From: Macrostomum lignano
Lineage: Eukaryota
NCBI GenBank assembly: GCA_002269645.1
Contig: NIVC01000604.1
Span: 1-64,000, forward strand
Length of the DNA: 64,000 nucleotides
Reading direction: 5' to 3'
A program made the translations under genes and the position numbers. The notes below the pieces were generated by a model that was given only the letters and a program-made list of their open reading frames with translations, searched no databases and was not told the DNA's origin. Positions 30,501-43,453 of the stretch are shown one piece after another. The stretch's first letter is position 1. Every line of letters begins with the position of its first letter.

Positions 30501-32527
30501 AAGAGCATCAAGGTTTGTGTCTTAGGCTTATTCTTTTCTAGCCTATTGTTTTCTTTTTTCATTTTTTCCTATCTATTTTCCTCTTTTCTCCTTTATCTCC
30601 TCTATTTTCTATCTTTTTTTCTTTTTTCTCTTTATTCAGCAGTAATAATTTGACAGTCTATAGAAAATAGCTATATTTTACTCAGGCTAGGCTTAGGCTT
30701 TATACTGTTCTATGTTTAATAATCTAAGATAGAACTGATAAAATGTAACAATGGCATAATATCAATAAAAAATAGTGTGACATTCAATAATCAGCTTTCT
30801 AGGTTCTAGCAATTAAAATAGTTATCAGAAAATTTGTGCATTGCTATAGAAAAAATATTGTTGACACTAATAGATAATAGTCTATTATAATATAAGCTCT
30901 TAAAACTGATGTCATATAAAAATTATGACCAATATATCATATCCTAAACCTGTAGGGAATTTACATTTATTCCCTAGGATCCCCAAGAAGTTTTTTCTAG
31001 ATAATTATATTCCCTATTATAGTAGTTTTTTCTGGTATGGGAAAACTTTTTTAGACTTATATACTTATATAAGAGTATACTTATAGACTTATTTATACTT
31101 ACATTATATATTATATATAATGCATATAATAATTATACATGGCTCCTAATTGGTATAAATATAATTTGACTAAATATATTGTTATATATTTATAACTCCA
31201 CTTCTATATTATAATGCAAAAGTTATAGTATACAAGTAGGGGTCCCAAATCCCAGATATTTTACAATCCTGGGCAAATTATGGGATTGAACAAACAAATA
31301 TATGGGAAGCTTTCCATTGTCTACAAAACAATTTCTCAAAATCAATTTGAGCATCATTTGGGTTTGTACTTTCTTAGCTTAAACTGCATTGATAAAATAG
31401 TTGAAGTTATTTCATTTTATTTCATTTAACTTTGAATTTGAAATGTATATGCTGCACTAGTGCTTTTCTGCCCCTAACACAGACCATCTCACATACACAC
31501 AGAAGCTCAGAGTTAGAACCCAATCCCCACCCCACCCCCGTTTTCTGCCCCTTTCCTTTCTTTAGCTGTGCCTGTGCCATGCAGTAGGGCCTAGGCCAGT
31601 ATGCCCAGTGTCTAGGCCATTGCCACTTAGACAGTTAGACTAGAGGACTAGACCATTTGTCTAGTGACTAATAGTGTTTGATACAGTTGATTGATAGTCT
31701 CATTGTTTTTTATTCTATAACTTCATTCCTAGGTTGCAAAAATTATCTCAAAACTATTAAGTGCTAACTGCAAGACAAAAATATTTACATTTGCAAACAT
31801 ACATGCGCAACCTCCAAAATTTGGTCGGCCGTGCGACTTAGTTTTAACAAAAATGCGACGTAGTTTTCGGCCAAAAATGCGACTTACATGAAAAAACCTG
31901 AAAGCAAAATTAATGCAACTTTGGGTAAACGGCAGGAGTAACTATGACTGTCTTTATTAAGGCAAAATGCTTCGTCAGCTACTTAATACTACTTTGGTAT
32001 TTATTTGGGTGGGCATTTTTGCAACTTACCTTGGTTGGCCGCCAAATCAGTCGTCCATATCGGCCAACTATTGTGCATGTATGGTTTTGACTCTTGTCAT
32101 TCCTTATCGTATTTGTACCCCATGTGGCACTAGAACAGTACACTTGACACGGAGTGTTTTAGGCATGATTGTACAGTGTAAGGTTGCAAAAGTGGGGAGT
32201 GGCAGAGATACATATGTATATATAGCTGTATGAGTATGATGGCACAAGCTAAGGCTAAGTCAATGCATGCAGCGATAAAAGCAGTCTGTAAAGCCAAATA
32301 GTGAAAGTTAACCTTAACTTATAGCACCTTGGCAGCCTATGCTGTCTGCCTGCATCTGATACGAGCATATAACTAAACTACCAAGGCAATTGGTTGTATT
32401 TACACTTACTTTCTGTACATGAATTGGTAAAGGTAAGGGCTTTTAAATGTTTTATTTATATAGTAATACTCATAAATCAATTTTATTTTATCACCAAAAT
32501 CATATACTCGACTTAATCTTTCACAGA

Positions 32528-34113
32528 ATGATGTACAGCCTTAGTTGTCTTTGCCTACTGATTCTAAGTGGCATCCTAGCTATCAATGGTATTCTAGCTG
32601 AGAGTGAGTGCTCAATTGTTATAAATGAGTTAAATACTGATGAGCCTAATATTGGATCTCAAGAATTTTCAGAGTTCATTGAGCTAAAGAAAGTTTGTTC
32701 TACAACTGCAATGCTATTAGGATCAGTGCCAGTGAGACTCCATGATTTTCTTCTGATTGGAGTTCAAGAATATAGCGGCGATTTTAGACGACCTGTGGTT
32801 TCATTTTCTGCTGACTTCTATCGGTCCTCGGGCTTCAAAACGGACAGCAGTTTCTTTGTTATTGCATCAAAAGGGAAGCAGGAAGCAGCAGATATGTTTT
32901 TTACCGATACATCTATTGGGTATCAGGGAAAAACTAGACATGGGCTGCCAAGTTCCGCTCCTAGTAGATCATCGCAGTCATCCATCATTGATTTTTTCAA
33001 GTCTGCTAGTAAGACAATTCCAACAGAACCAAATGCATTAAAGAATGGGAATGGTAAAAGTGCTATGGCCATTATTCTCTTGTATCAACGAGACTTCTAG
33101 ATCAGAATCGGACAGTTCAAGTTCCACAACTGCCAGTAGCATTGGAAAACTGCGACTAGCTAAAATGCATGCAACACAAAGAAGACCTGTTTATGAAGAT
33201 AAAATTATCATTGATAACTCATTAGCTGAAATTATTAGGAACAATAACAGGTGCACATTTTTGAGTCCATTTATCGTAGGCTAAGAGACAAGCCCAACTA
33301 CATCTTAAAGCCAGCAAGAGAATGGGATGAACTTGGTCATGAGGACTATTCAATAAACCGGTGCCCTGAATCCAGCAGTGAGTTACGAAAGCCTTTGCTT
33401 TTTACAAGGTGGAAACTTGGACAGTTGACTCCAGGTAGATAAAATGATTGCTCAGGTGCTCATTGGATTTTAGAGGACAATATTGAAGCCATCATAAATA
33501 CACCTTCAAGAGAAGCATGTACATTGGCAGACTCAGCATTAGCATCTGCTTCATCAGCAACAGAAAGAATCGAAATGCGACTAGCTCCTGCTCCAGCTCC
33601 ATGTTCTGAAAGCTCACACCGTAGTGAATTGGCCAGGTCCTATGAATTTTCAGAGCAAATAGCAGCTAATCGAGATCATGCTGTTCAAACTGCTGCTGCA
33701 GAAACTTCTAATTTTTGCTCTGCTGCAAATGTACAGGAAAGAAGAGAGTTGTTGGAGAATGACCAGCAAACAAGCAAACTACAAGTGGAAATTATTAGGC
33801 AAGTAAATATTCAAAGACAATCAACGAAACGATCACTTTGCCAAAGTCCTATTGTTGATTTAGATTCGAGCGACTCAAGGGGTTCAGGTGATGTTGAAAT
33901 AGTACAAGTAAATACTGCAGAAGCAGGGCCATCGCAAAGAAAAATACCATGCATAAGCACATCTGCAGACGCATGTCTAGCCACTTCAGCATCAAAGCCC
34001 TCGTCTTCCTCTATGATGGGCGAAAATATTGAAGTTTTCCCTAAAAAGGACTGGGAGGATACATCTGGTTTTCGAGAGGAGTGGTTACATTCTTTGGAGA
34101 TGCACCAGTCACA
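32528..34113 (+). pseudogene. Signal peptide + lamin-tail-domain (LTD)-like module + Ser/Ala/Glu-rich linker, carried inside the hAT element; two apparent frameshifts and one in-frame stop
   Basis: MMYSLSCLCLLILSGILAINGILA-ESECSIVINELNTDEP...EFIELK; AIILLY; DYSINRCP; TPGR*NDCSG. A 3' splice site precedes the ATG (intron 32432-32526 plausible). Confidence 0.65.
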
Positions 34114-34244
34114 GTAAGTAAATGGAAACTGACGAACTGTAAATTAATGTATAGTGTATTGTGTATTGCACTTATTAGCATATTGCTTTTAGATACTCAC
34201 AAATAGTCCAAATCCCAAAATATTCTCTAATTTGACCATTGCAG

Positions 34245-36632
34245 ATCATTTTCAAGAAAATTTGTGTCACAAGAAATGAAGACATGGTTTCAATATGTTC
34301 AAAACACCGAAGATCTATCAAGATCTGGAATACAATGTCGGATCTGCAGAAAATTTTTGAATGCACATAAGAAAAAGGAGACAAATCTAGAGAGCCAACG
34401 TAAGTTAACTTTTGCAACAGAACAAGGCTACATTCCCAAAGGTCATGCAAAAGATAGCGTACGAAGAAAACTACAGGAACATTCATCAAATACACTTCAC
34501 AGTGACGCCATAAAGTGGATGAAGGAAAAACATACTTCAGTTCTTGCAAAGCAACTCAAACAGATGAATGAGGCCGCTAGACTAGCTAAAACTAAACGAG
34601 ATGAAATAACAGCCCGAGTTTTGACAACAGTTTTTTCGCCGAAGTCAAATCTAATATTCCATTCAGTGCTCATCCAAATATGATTGATTTACAAGTAAAA
34701 AATGGGTTGGATATGGGGAGCCATCATAAGCATCGCAAAAGTGCCGCAGCAATGGTGGAATCAATCAGTAATACAATGCATCGGACATTTGTGAATTACA
34801 TTAAAAGTGCTGACAACCTTCCGATTTCTATTGTACTAGATACAACGTCTGATATTCATTCAAACAGCTACGTCATGATATACTTCAGAGTTCTTGAAAA
34901 CAGCCAACCTTTGATGTTTTTTTATCGGTTTAAACGTCTGACTGAAGTAGAGACTGGACGAAGCATTTATGAACTTCTCATCCGTTTATTTTCGGATGAC
35001 AAGCTAGAAGATGAAATCAAACGAAGGCTATGGGGGGTGACAACTGATGGTGCATCCGTAATGACAGGAAGTCGAGTGGGATTAATAAGTCAACTGAGGC
35101 CTTGGGCTAGCAAACAATTTTTTCAGCACCATTGTGCAGCGCATAAGTTAGAACTTTCAATCTATCATGCCTTTGAAATCTTCCCATTTATGCAACATCT
35201 CGATAAGAATATAAATTCTCTACACAAATTTTATATGAGCCACGCTGTTAAACGTAAGGCATCTTTGGCACAAACTTCGGAAGCACTCAACTTGGTTTTC
35301 TATGAATTAAAAAGAATATATCGTATCAGGTGGGTTGCATCGGAAGTGTCTGCTCTTGATGTGATTCGAAAGTCATACTACTTGCTTCTGACAAATTTAG
35401 AAAATATCAAATCACCTTCCTCAGGCTTTGATGACGAAAGTAAAGCAACTGCCTCTGGATTATTGAAAACATTGCAAAATGTCCGGTATTATTCATTACA
35501 TCTATTTCTCATGGACATTCTAAAATTACTGGAATTTGAGTCCTTGCAGTTTCAAAGAGCCAAGGGTACATTTATTGGCTTGCAAGAACGCCACACTAAC
35601 CTTATCCATTCACTAGAAACCTTAAAAACGAACAATGGTCCTCGCATTGTGGACTTTTTGGCTTCCTGCAAGTGTCGTCGAGTTTTGGGAACTGCAGATG
35701 GATATCCGCAGCTGGAATACCATTCAGGATGTCACACAAGAGACCTATCTTATTCTAACTTTGCTTGTCCTTCCGGCCCTGGAAGCAGCGATCCAACAGA
35801 GAGGTTTGAGTTGAAGCAACCAGGTTCTGCTGCAGACAGATCTCTAAGAAATAGATTATTTGATGCTAGTGGACGTGGCAGTGTTGTTGACATGGGAGCT
35901 TATCCAGCACTGGATGAGATTCGCAGTCGAATCATTGATAGCATAATTGATCAGCTGCGTAATTATTTTCCTGAGGATGACTACTCAATATTTAATGTGC
36001 TCAACCCAGTGTTATTGCCTAATGCTGAAACATTACATACTGTCTTTACATACAGTTCGAGAATCATACCTCTTGCTAGACGGTTTGGAATGGAAGATGA
36101 CAGCTCTGAATCTGAAACAGAGGACCATCTTTCTGATTCAGACTCTAGAGATGCAGATGCTTCAGAACGCGCTACAGAAAGGACAATCTCTGGTCAGTTC
36201 GGTCTACTCCTAAAAAGTTTGATCACTTCGCATAGTGTTGACTTCTGTGCCTACAAAGGCAAAGGTCCGGTGAAATTTTGGAGTCACTTTCTAGAGACAA
36301 GAACTGTTGAATGGCTGCCCAGAATAAAGAATCTAATTATGGTTGTGTTAACTTTGCCAATATCATCAGCTGAGGCTAAAAGAGGGTTTTCTATCTATAA
36401 GCACATTGCCTATGACAGGAGAACACGCTTGGCACCAAAAACATTGGAGCATCTACTACGGATTCGAATAAATGGGCCTCCGCTGATGAAATTTAAGCCG
36501 GATATTTATGTCAATGATTGGCTGAAAAAACACTGGCGTTCTGATGCTCCTGGAGGTCAACGGCAAAAAGAATCCAACGTAGACGAGGAAAATAAAGATT
36601 CTGATTCTGATTTGCTAAGTGGACTATTTTAA
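34245..36632 (+). pseudogene. hAT transposase (TTF-type zinc finger + DDE + C-terminal dimerisation region), inactivated
   Basis: W..Y...CRIC...EH...H zinc finger; IPFSAHPNM..LQ..NG; VLDTTSD; TTDGASVM; HHCAAH; RIRW; LPISSAEAKRGFS (catalytic E replaced by K). There is a frameshift in the T6 run at 34631-34636. Confidence 0.9.
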
Positions 36633-36974
36633 AAGTTTTTTATCAGTTTTAATCTGCTACAATTTTAATCAATTATTACAATGGTACATGCATAATCATT
36701 AAGACTACAGTTCTTCTAAGTTCATATATAAGACCGTTAGAATCTTGCAGTTTTAATTTGCTAATTAAATATTATTAAAAGTATGATTTGCAATTGTAAT
36801 AGGGCTGAAAAATTACTGCTTATAAGTTATTCTATCCCTATTTCTATTCCTTAGCCATTTCTGGCTTCGTAATTCTTAATTTTTCAAATTGATGCGTTAA
36901 TGCACACGTAGCCTACACCCTAGTAAGTGATACATTAAATTCATCCTAAACTAATCCTAACCTAATAATCCTAA

Positions 36975-37495
36975 AGATGCTCTGCGACTTAACTCAGTCC
37001 TGCTGCGACTTACCTCGGCCCTGCTGCGACTTACTCGGTCCTGCTGCGACTTAGCTCGCCCTCGGTGCGACTTAGCTCTCGCTCGGTGCGACTTAGCTCG
37101 CCCTCGGTGCGACTTAGCTTGGTCCTGCTGCGACTTAGTGCGACTTAGCTCTCGCTCGGTGCGACTTAGTTCGCCCTCGGTGCGACTTAGCTCGGTCCTG
37201 CTGCGACTTAGCTCGCCGTCGGTGCGACTTAGCTCGGTCCTGCTGCGACTTAGCTCGCCCTCGGTGCGACTTAGCTCGGTCCTGCTGCGACTTAGTGCGA
37301 CTTAGCTCTCGCTCGGTGCGACTTATTTTGCCCTCGGTGCGACTTAGCTCGCCCTTAGTGCGACTTAGCTCTCGCTCGGTGCGACTTAGTTCGCCCTCGA
37401 TGCGACTTAGCTCGGTCCTGCTGCGACTTAGCTTGCCCTCGGTGCGACTTAGCTCGCCCTCGGTGCGACTTACCTTGTCTTCAGTGCTGCAACTT
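36975..37495. repeat. Subterminal tandem array of the hAT element, ~21 bp unit TGCGACTTAGCTCGCCCTCGG
   Basis: Tandem copies are visible; the core GCGACTTA also recurs in both element termini. Confidence 0.92.
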
Positions 37496-38201
37496 ACAGC
37501 ACTTACAACTCTTTTTGTGTTTTTCTCTTTCTCTTTGCTCCCTTTTTCTCGTTTTTTCCTTTTCCTTTCCCCTTTTTCGTCTTTTGTTTTTTCGTTTTTT
37601 TTGGCGGTTAATCAATTTTGCGACTTACTTGGTTGGCCGCCAAATCGGTCGGCCGGATCGGCCGACTCGGCCGACTGTTGCGCATGTATGTTTGCAAAGT
37701 ACAAATTCTAATCCCATGTTTATCCAGATCCTAGACCCCTAATCCTGTGATACTAAACACTAACACACTAGCAAAAAGCCAGGATCCTGGGACTAGGACC
37801 CCTATTCACAAGTGCAAAAGCTAAAACTGCAATTGGTAAGTTTAAGTTTATAGTATAGTCTAAATTATAATTTAAACCCAAAAGTTAATATATTATATTT
37901 ACTCAAATATTTAACTAGTAACTATATTTATAATCTATATATCAGTGCTCTTTTTTAAGTTTAACTTATCATTTATTTTTTGTTATATCCATAAATATAT
38001 ATGCTTATACAATATAGTAATGACAATGTAAAATTTGGTGCAAATATATAATATTAATATCTTCACCAGGCTGTGATTCCCATTTGGAACATCTGAAGCC
38101 ATCTTCGCAGTATGCTCCAAGAATGCCATCTTCATCAGGCCGTGATCAACTGAGGCTATCTTCTTAGTCTGGTCATCCTAGGGCTGAATTTTTGCTTTCA
38201 G

Positions 38202-39262
38202 GTCATGCTCATCATTCATTGACAGACGAAAGATTGTCAATTTTGGAAGCCCAAGTGGACTGCCTTATTAGGTGGATAGAACGCACTAAGAGCTCTAGTA
38301 GACCCAATCAATGCATGCCTTTGGATGCCCCTGATGCAATCCTGGATTCTATACTGTTTACTGATTGGGAGGCTCTTAAAAAATGGTCAACAGCTATTAA
38401 CCGGAAAAGATCTTACATGGAAGCTATGGTATGCATGATGCTTTTTATTTCTATCACTCTATGGTTAGTCAATTTAAAAAAAACCGCTTATTCACTTCAA
38501 ATCTTGTTGCAGTACGTCTTCTTCAGGCGTCTGGATGGCAAATCCATGCATGCATTTATCTCTAACATTTTATACAAGCTCATAGCTGATAAGCTGGCAG
38601 CAAAAATGAGCCTCCACGGAGCAGCTCACAATGGGGTTTTGAAACTCCCATTTGCCAAATTGGAGCTAATGTCACTCATCACAAGTAAGTCTATCTTCTA
38701 TAAATATTGCTTTTGTCAGCCAAGTTGAGAAAACAACTGCAATTGTACAACTAAATGCAGAATGCCTACACCAGCCTTACTCGCAGATTGCCAGCGCCTG
38801 ATTGCTACAGTTGCCAATAATATCTCAGTCATATATGACAGTTATTCTGAATCTACCTGTATTCACCAAAGTAGTTTACCAACTTTATCAGTGGTGAGTC
38901 AGTCAGTCATTTTTGGCATTCTGCATCAAGCTGCATGGCTGCGGCAGATTTATTAACTTGGTTGGCTTAATTCTCAACTTTCCTGACAGAAGCAATATCA
39001 GTCTTTGGTTGTGTTTGCCAGTTTATGTCCCATACTTATTTGTTCCCAATTTTCAGATGTCATTTGGGGCACTTTTTGCCATGCTGAGGCCAATGTGATT
39101 GAACAGGCAATTGCCAATCATCTGCATCATGTACCAACTAAGGTACGACGAAGCCGGCTTTGGCAGCAACAACACATGAGGGCCACACTAGCAAATGTGC
39201 AACAAGAGGACAGTGATAAAGAAGCAACATCAGCCGAAAGTGAAGAATTTGAAGAAGAATGA
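38202..39262 (+). CDS. DUF4806/BEN-like protein, partial; exons 38202-38428, 38513-38684, 39057-39262
   Basis: Coiled segment RLSILEAQVD; RRLDGKSMHAFISNILYKLIADKLAAKMSLHG...KLPFAKLELMSLI; IEQAIANHLHH; acidic tail. GT/AG phases are consistent; the 5' exon was not found. Confidence 0.55.
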
Positions 39263-40140
39263 TGTGATTATAAGCATTAATTTGTTTTTTGTTTACTACT
39301 TAATTAGAAGTCATAGCCTATCTTAAGTCATTTGCCTATGGGGCATAAATTAACCAAGTTCTTAACTTAAAGAAAGCTTTGAGACTTCAACATCCCGTAA
39401 TATATAAATTACAATGGTGGCAGCGTTACTCTACTGAAAGTAATCAGTCAAGCATTCAAGAAACATTGATTTTGGTGTCTAAAGACCCACTCTGGACGCT
39501 CACGCCTAACGAAGACTACTTGCCTACAACAACAACTACCTTCCCCCCAGAATTGAAGACCCTGGCAGATGGAGTATCAAGGAGAAAATTCAATTCAAGT
39601 TAATCTGTGCAACTTTCTGGCTTTGCGACTGCCGAAGATAATGAAGGCGACAGTTCAAAAGTTAGAATCTGCCAACCTCCAAGCGTCAATCTAAATTTTT
39701 TCATTTTTCTACTCCTACCTCAGAATATTTTTATCCCCTGCCCCATGGTCTCAGTCTCGGGGCTAGGACTACTAGTTGGGCAATGTGCAACATGGCTACT
39801 TTGGCATTCTTTCCCCTTGGTCATTTGGTCAACAAACATTGGTGTCCCATTGCCATGTCACCATTGCCTCCCTAGTCAACAAATTTATGTCGCGTTGTGC
39901 TTTTGAGGGCACAATTTGGGCATCCATGTCATGCCTCCCCAGTTTTTGAAACTTATTCCAATAGTGTACATAATGACACACTTCAGTCATTTATGAAAGC
40001 CCATAGTCTGGATCATGGCAGGCATATGCCAGAATGAAAATTCTTGTTTTCTTAGTTTTATGTCTATGTAAAATTTAAAAAAATTTATTTTAAGCCCAGA
40101 GTTGCTTGTATGCCAATTTTTTTTAAAGAATATATATTAT

Positions 40141-40478
40141 CATACATGCCCAACCTTAAAATTTTACCTATCTAGTGCGACTTAGTTTTGTCCAGATTTG
40201 CAACTTAGTTGCTCCTAATTGCAACTTAGTTCCTCTCAATTGCTACTTAATTTTTACTTTATATGACTTTTTTGCTTTTTTCTTATCTTTTTTCTCTCTC
40301 TTCTTTTTCTTTTTCTTTCTTTTTTCCCTCCTTTTTTTACTTTTCTTTTTCTCTTCATCTCTTCTTTTTTCCCCGTAATTTTTCATTATTTGCTTTTTTT
40401 AATTTTGCAATTTACCTTGGCTGGCAGCCATTTCACCCATCCAGTTCAGACATGTTGGATAGGTGTTGGGCATATATA
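40141..40478. mobile_element. Degenerate MITE related to the CATACATG-TIR family
   Basis: Starts CATACATGCCCAACC...GTGCGACTTAG and ends GTTGGGCATATATA; TSD not clean. Confidence 0.65.
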
Positions 40479-42554
40479 TATATATCATTATAAATAAAAG
40501 TTTTTTTATCTACCATGGCAGTTTTTTGCTAAAAATTGATATTCTCTTTTTTAATTTTGTTATTCTCATAAATTTCATTAATACTTTTTTATTTTAGTTT
40601 TTAATTCTTTTTTAAAGAGCTTTTACTAGTTGAAATTTAACTACACAATTATATTAGCCCTGACATGGCTATTTTTTGTTAGCCCTGACATTCCAACTGT
40701 GTATACTTTATGTTGAACCTAAAAATTTTATATGCCAAGTGTATGCCAAGATTTTTAATGAAAAACAAAAATATAATAGAATTTTCTAGCATAAAGGCAA
40801 CCTTCTAGACTATGGGTGAAAGCAAATCATAGATCTGAGCTTAGTCTTATCTTTGATTATTACACTTGGTAGAATTCTTTACTAAGTATGGTGGATTGCT
40901 TCTTATTGCTTTTGAAGCCCATATAGCAAGCACTCTTGCAACTTTATCTTGAATTCCTATTGGATCACCAAGACATTGCAAGCTTGAATGAAATCAACAA
41001 GGCTTTTAAACCTATAGAGCTATTGTGAAGACATTATGCTAGCATGATTATATAATTTTCACTGCAATTCATGCAGTAGAGTTTGCCATATTGAAGATGT
41101 CAAGCCAAGAAAGTGACCTTGCATGGGATCTTTCCAGTTCACTTAAGCAGCATATTTAAGAATGCAGCAGACCCATAGTGACTGCAGCCAAGTTTCTCTT
41201 CTAATATAGAGCTACTAACTCAAAATATAAGCTCAATGCCATTAAATAAACTTTAATTTCTTTTACCAAGAAACTAGAACTATGTGCATATGCACAGCCT
41301 AAAGACAATGTCAATCAAACTGCTAATGAAAGTGGAGCAGCTGCAATAAGTCTTAACATGAATCTGGAATTGTCAATTTATGTTTAGATGAGTTGGCAAT
41401 ATCATCTTTACTAGCACAAGTAACTGTGTGTTCAAGACTAACTAAAGCAATTAACAGCAATTAGGTAAATCAGCAAGAGGTCTACATAGGCATAAAAGAC
41501 TAGCTGAAGTTATTTTTATAATAGAAGAATAAATAGTCTTAAAGTCAAAACCAAAGCATGATATTAGAAAGTCTAATTGCCTTGGCTATAAGACAGAGTT
41601 CCTCTGTATTGCACAGCAAAAAGGCACTTTGCTTATGCAACTATACCAAGGACTTCAGCTAATTCTATCTACAAGTGTCAAGGCTAAATATGCATTTTAA
41701 ACAAGTGGATCTTTTGTATTTAAAGTGCAATCTCAATCCTAAAGCTATATGTTCATTTGTTTTTTGTTTTATAAAATTGATGCACAAACTGGTTCTTAAA
41801 TTTCTTGATAAATACTGTTTTTAAAAATAGTTAACTAGTTCTTAAATACAAGGGGCACTACAAAAGTTTTTAGCTAGACCTCAGCTATTTGTCCTATCAG
41901 ATTAATTTTTTGCAGGCTTACAGGACAATATATATGACCATGATAAATAAAATTTCATGCAAATATCTTGTAGCATTTAGCCACTAGAGCCAGATAACTT
42001 TAGCACCTCTGCCCAATTTCCAGCAGAGCTCATGGAACTGAATTGCCAACACTTTCATGCCATGATCTTCTATGATTATTGCAGTGGCCTTAATTGCCAC
42101 CAGTGCCACAAAAGGCTGTCAGCAGCTTTCCCAGAAGCTGCTCCATCACTTGTGACCGTCAGCAGGTTTTGCAAGTTTTGTTGTGGCCAAGACTTGTTGG
42201 AAGATGAGGAGCATACAGGCCAACCTTCAACCGCCACAACACTAGAAACAGTGGCTCATGTCTGCCAGCTGGTAGAACCTGACTGGCAGATAACCTACAA
42301 GGAGATTGAGGTATCCCTGGGTATCCATTCGTTGGCCATTGCCAAAATCCTCCACAACCACATTGGCTTACGCAAGCTGACTAGTCATTGGGTGCCCCAC
42401 CTGCTGAAGCTTGAGCAGAAGCAGGCCAGGGTCAACTGGTGCTACCAGATGCTGCAGAAGTACAGCGATGGAGCATCTAAGGTGGTCGCCGACATCGTAA
42501 CATGCGACGAGACTTGGGTTTACTGCTACAAGCCAAAGTGCAAGTGCTAGTTGC

Positions 42555-43149
42555 CAGTGTTGTGGCTGACTAGAGAAGAAGATTAAATAGGCAAAATATT
42601 GTTATAAATTTTTATTATATTTATATTAGCATTTGCACCTACATAGTACATTAAGATGAAAAGATTACATGATAGATGATACAAAAATAATAATGCGCAT
42701 GATATGTAAAAACTCCAACTTATTAATTAGAAATTAGATGTTACTTGACTTTCACTAAATTAAATTTATGAACAATTTAACAGGAACCTAATCGCTTAAT
42801 AGCTAATATCATTTTAGAATTCAATTCAGAGTGGCTTGAGTGGGATATGCTGGTTGCCCCAGAGAAGTACCAGCCTTATGAGGGTTAAATTGGCCCGTGG
42901 AATGTGCTTTGCATGGAGAATGTCCTTTCTTTACTTCTTGTTACTTTCTTTAATACTTTCTAGGCTTTTTAGTCAAATTTATTACTATTTGTTTGATTAA
43001 ATATATTGGATTATTGGACTTAAAAAATGTATCAGCAATACCAAGGTCCAATACTAAGAAAAAAAGTAATGAGGTCTAATACTCCAATACTCAAATGGTC
43101 TCGGCGATACTATTGGAGTATTGGAGTATTGGACCTGTGCCTAACACTG
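42555..43149. mobile_element. hAT-type MITE inserted in the mariner ORF
   Basis: Ends CAGTGTTG / CCTAACACTG; TSD CTAGTTGC vs CCAGTTGC (7/8). Confidence 0.8.
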
Positions 43150-43453
43150 CCAGTTGCAGGTGTGGGCATTTCTGGATAAGGTGCCACCAATGAAGGTTGT
43201 GTGAGGCAGGAGCACTGGCAAGCAAATGGTTGCAACTTTTTTCTATCACTCAGGTCATATGGCAACTGTGCGGCTGCTGGACTAGCGCACAGTGACTATA
43301 GCCTGGTATATTGGCATCTGCTTGCCGTAGGTCACTCATAGCCTGAGCAAGATGCATGCAAAGTCAGGTGTCTGAGGCCTGATGCTGCATCAAGACAAGG
43401 TGAACACTCACATAGCTCAGGCAACATGGCAGTTCCTGAAGACTCAGGGACTG

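Larger units (their letters stand above)
31798..37690 (+). mobile_element. 5893-bp hAT DNA transposon with cargo, coding region decayed
   Basis: Perfect 14-bp TIRs CATACATGCGCAAC / GTTGCGCATGTATG; perfect 8-bp TSD TTTGCAAA; internal hAT transposase. Confidence 0.93.
31237..37804. mobile_element. Older hAT-type non-autonomous element (~670 bp net) split by the large hAT insertion
   Basis: Inverted ends TAGGGGTCCCAAATCCCAG / CTGGGACTAGGACCCCTA; degenerate TSD TATACAAG vs TTCACAAG (6/8). Confidence 0.55.

Noticed and set aside
33440-33442. Programmed readthrough or recoding at the in-frame stop
   Set aside because: The codon is TAA, and the neighbouring frameshifts and catalytic E-to-K change indicate decay or sequencing error.
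32528-33500. Bacterial contamination as the source of the LTD-like ORF
   Set aside because: It is flanked by spliceosomal-type introns and enclosed by eukaryotic hAT TIRs and TSD. An ancient horizontal origin remains untested.
40660-41500. Possible decayed transposase remnant
   Set aside because: Only vague peptide similarity amid many stops; no termini were identified.
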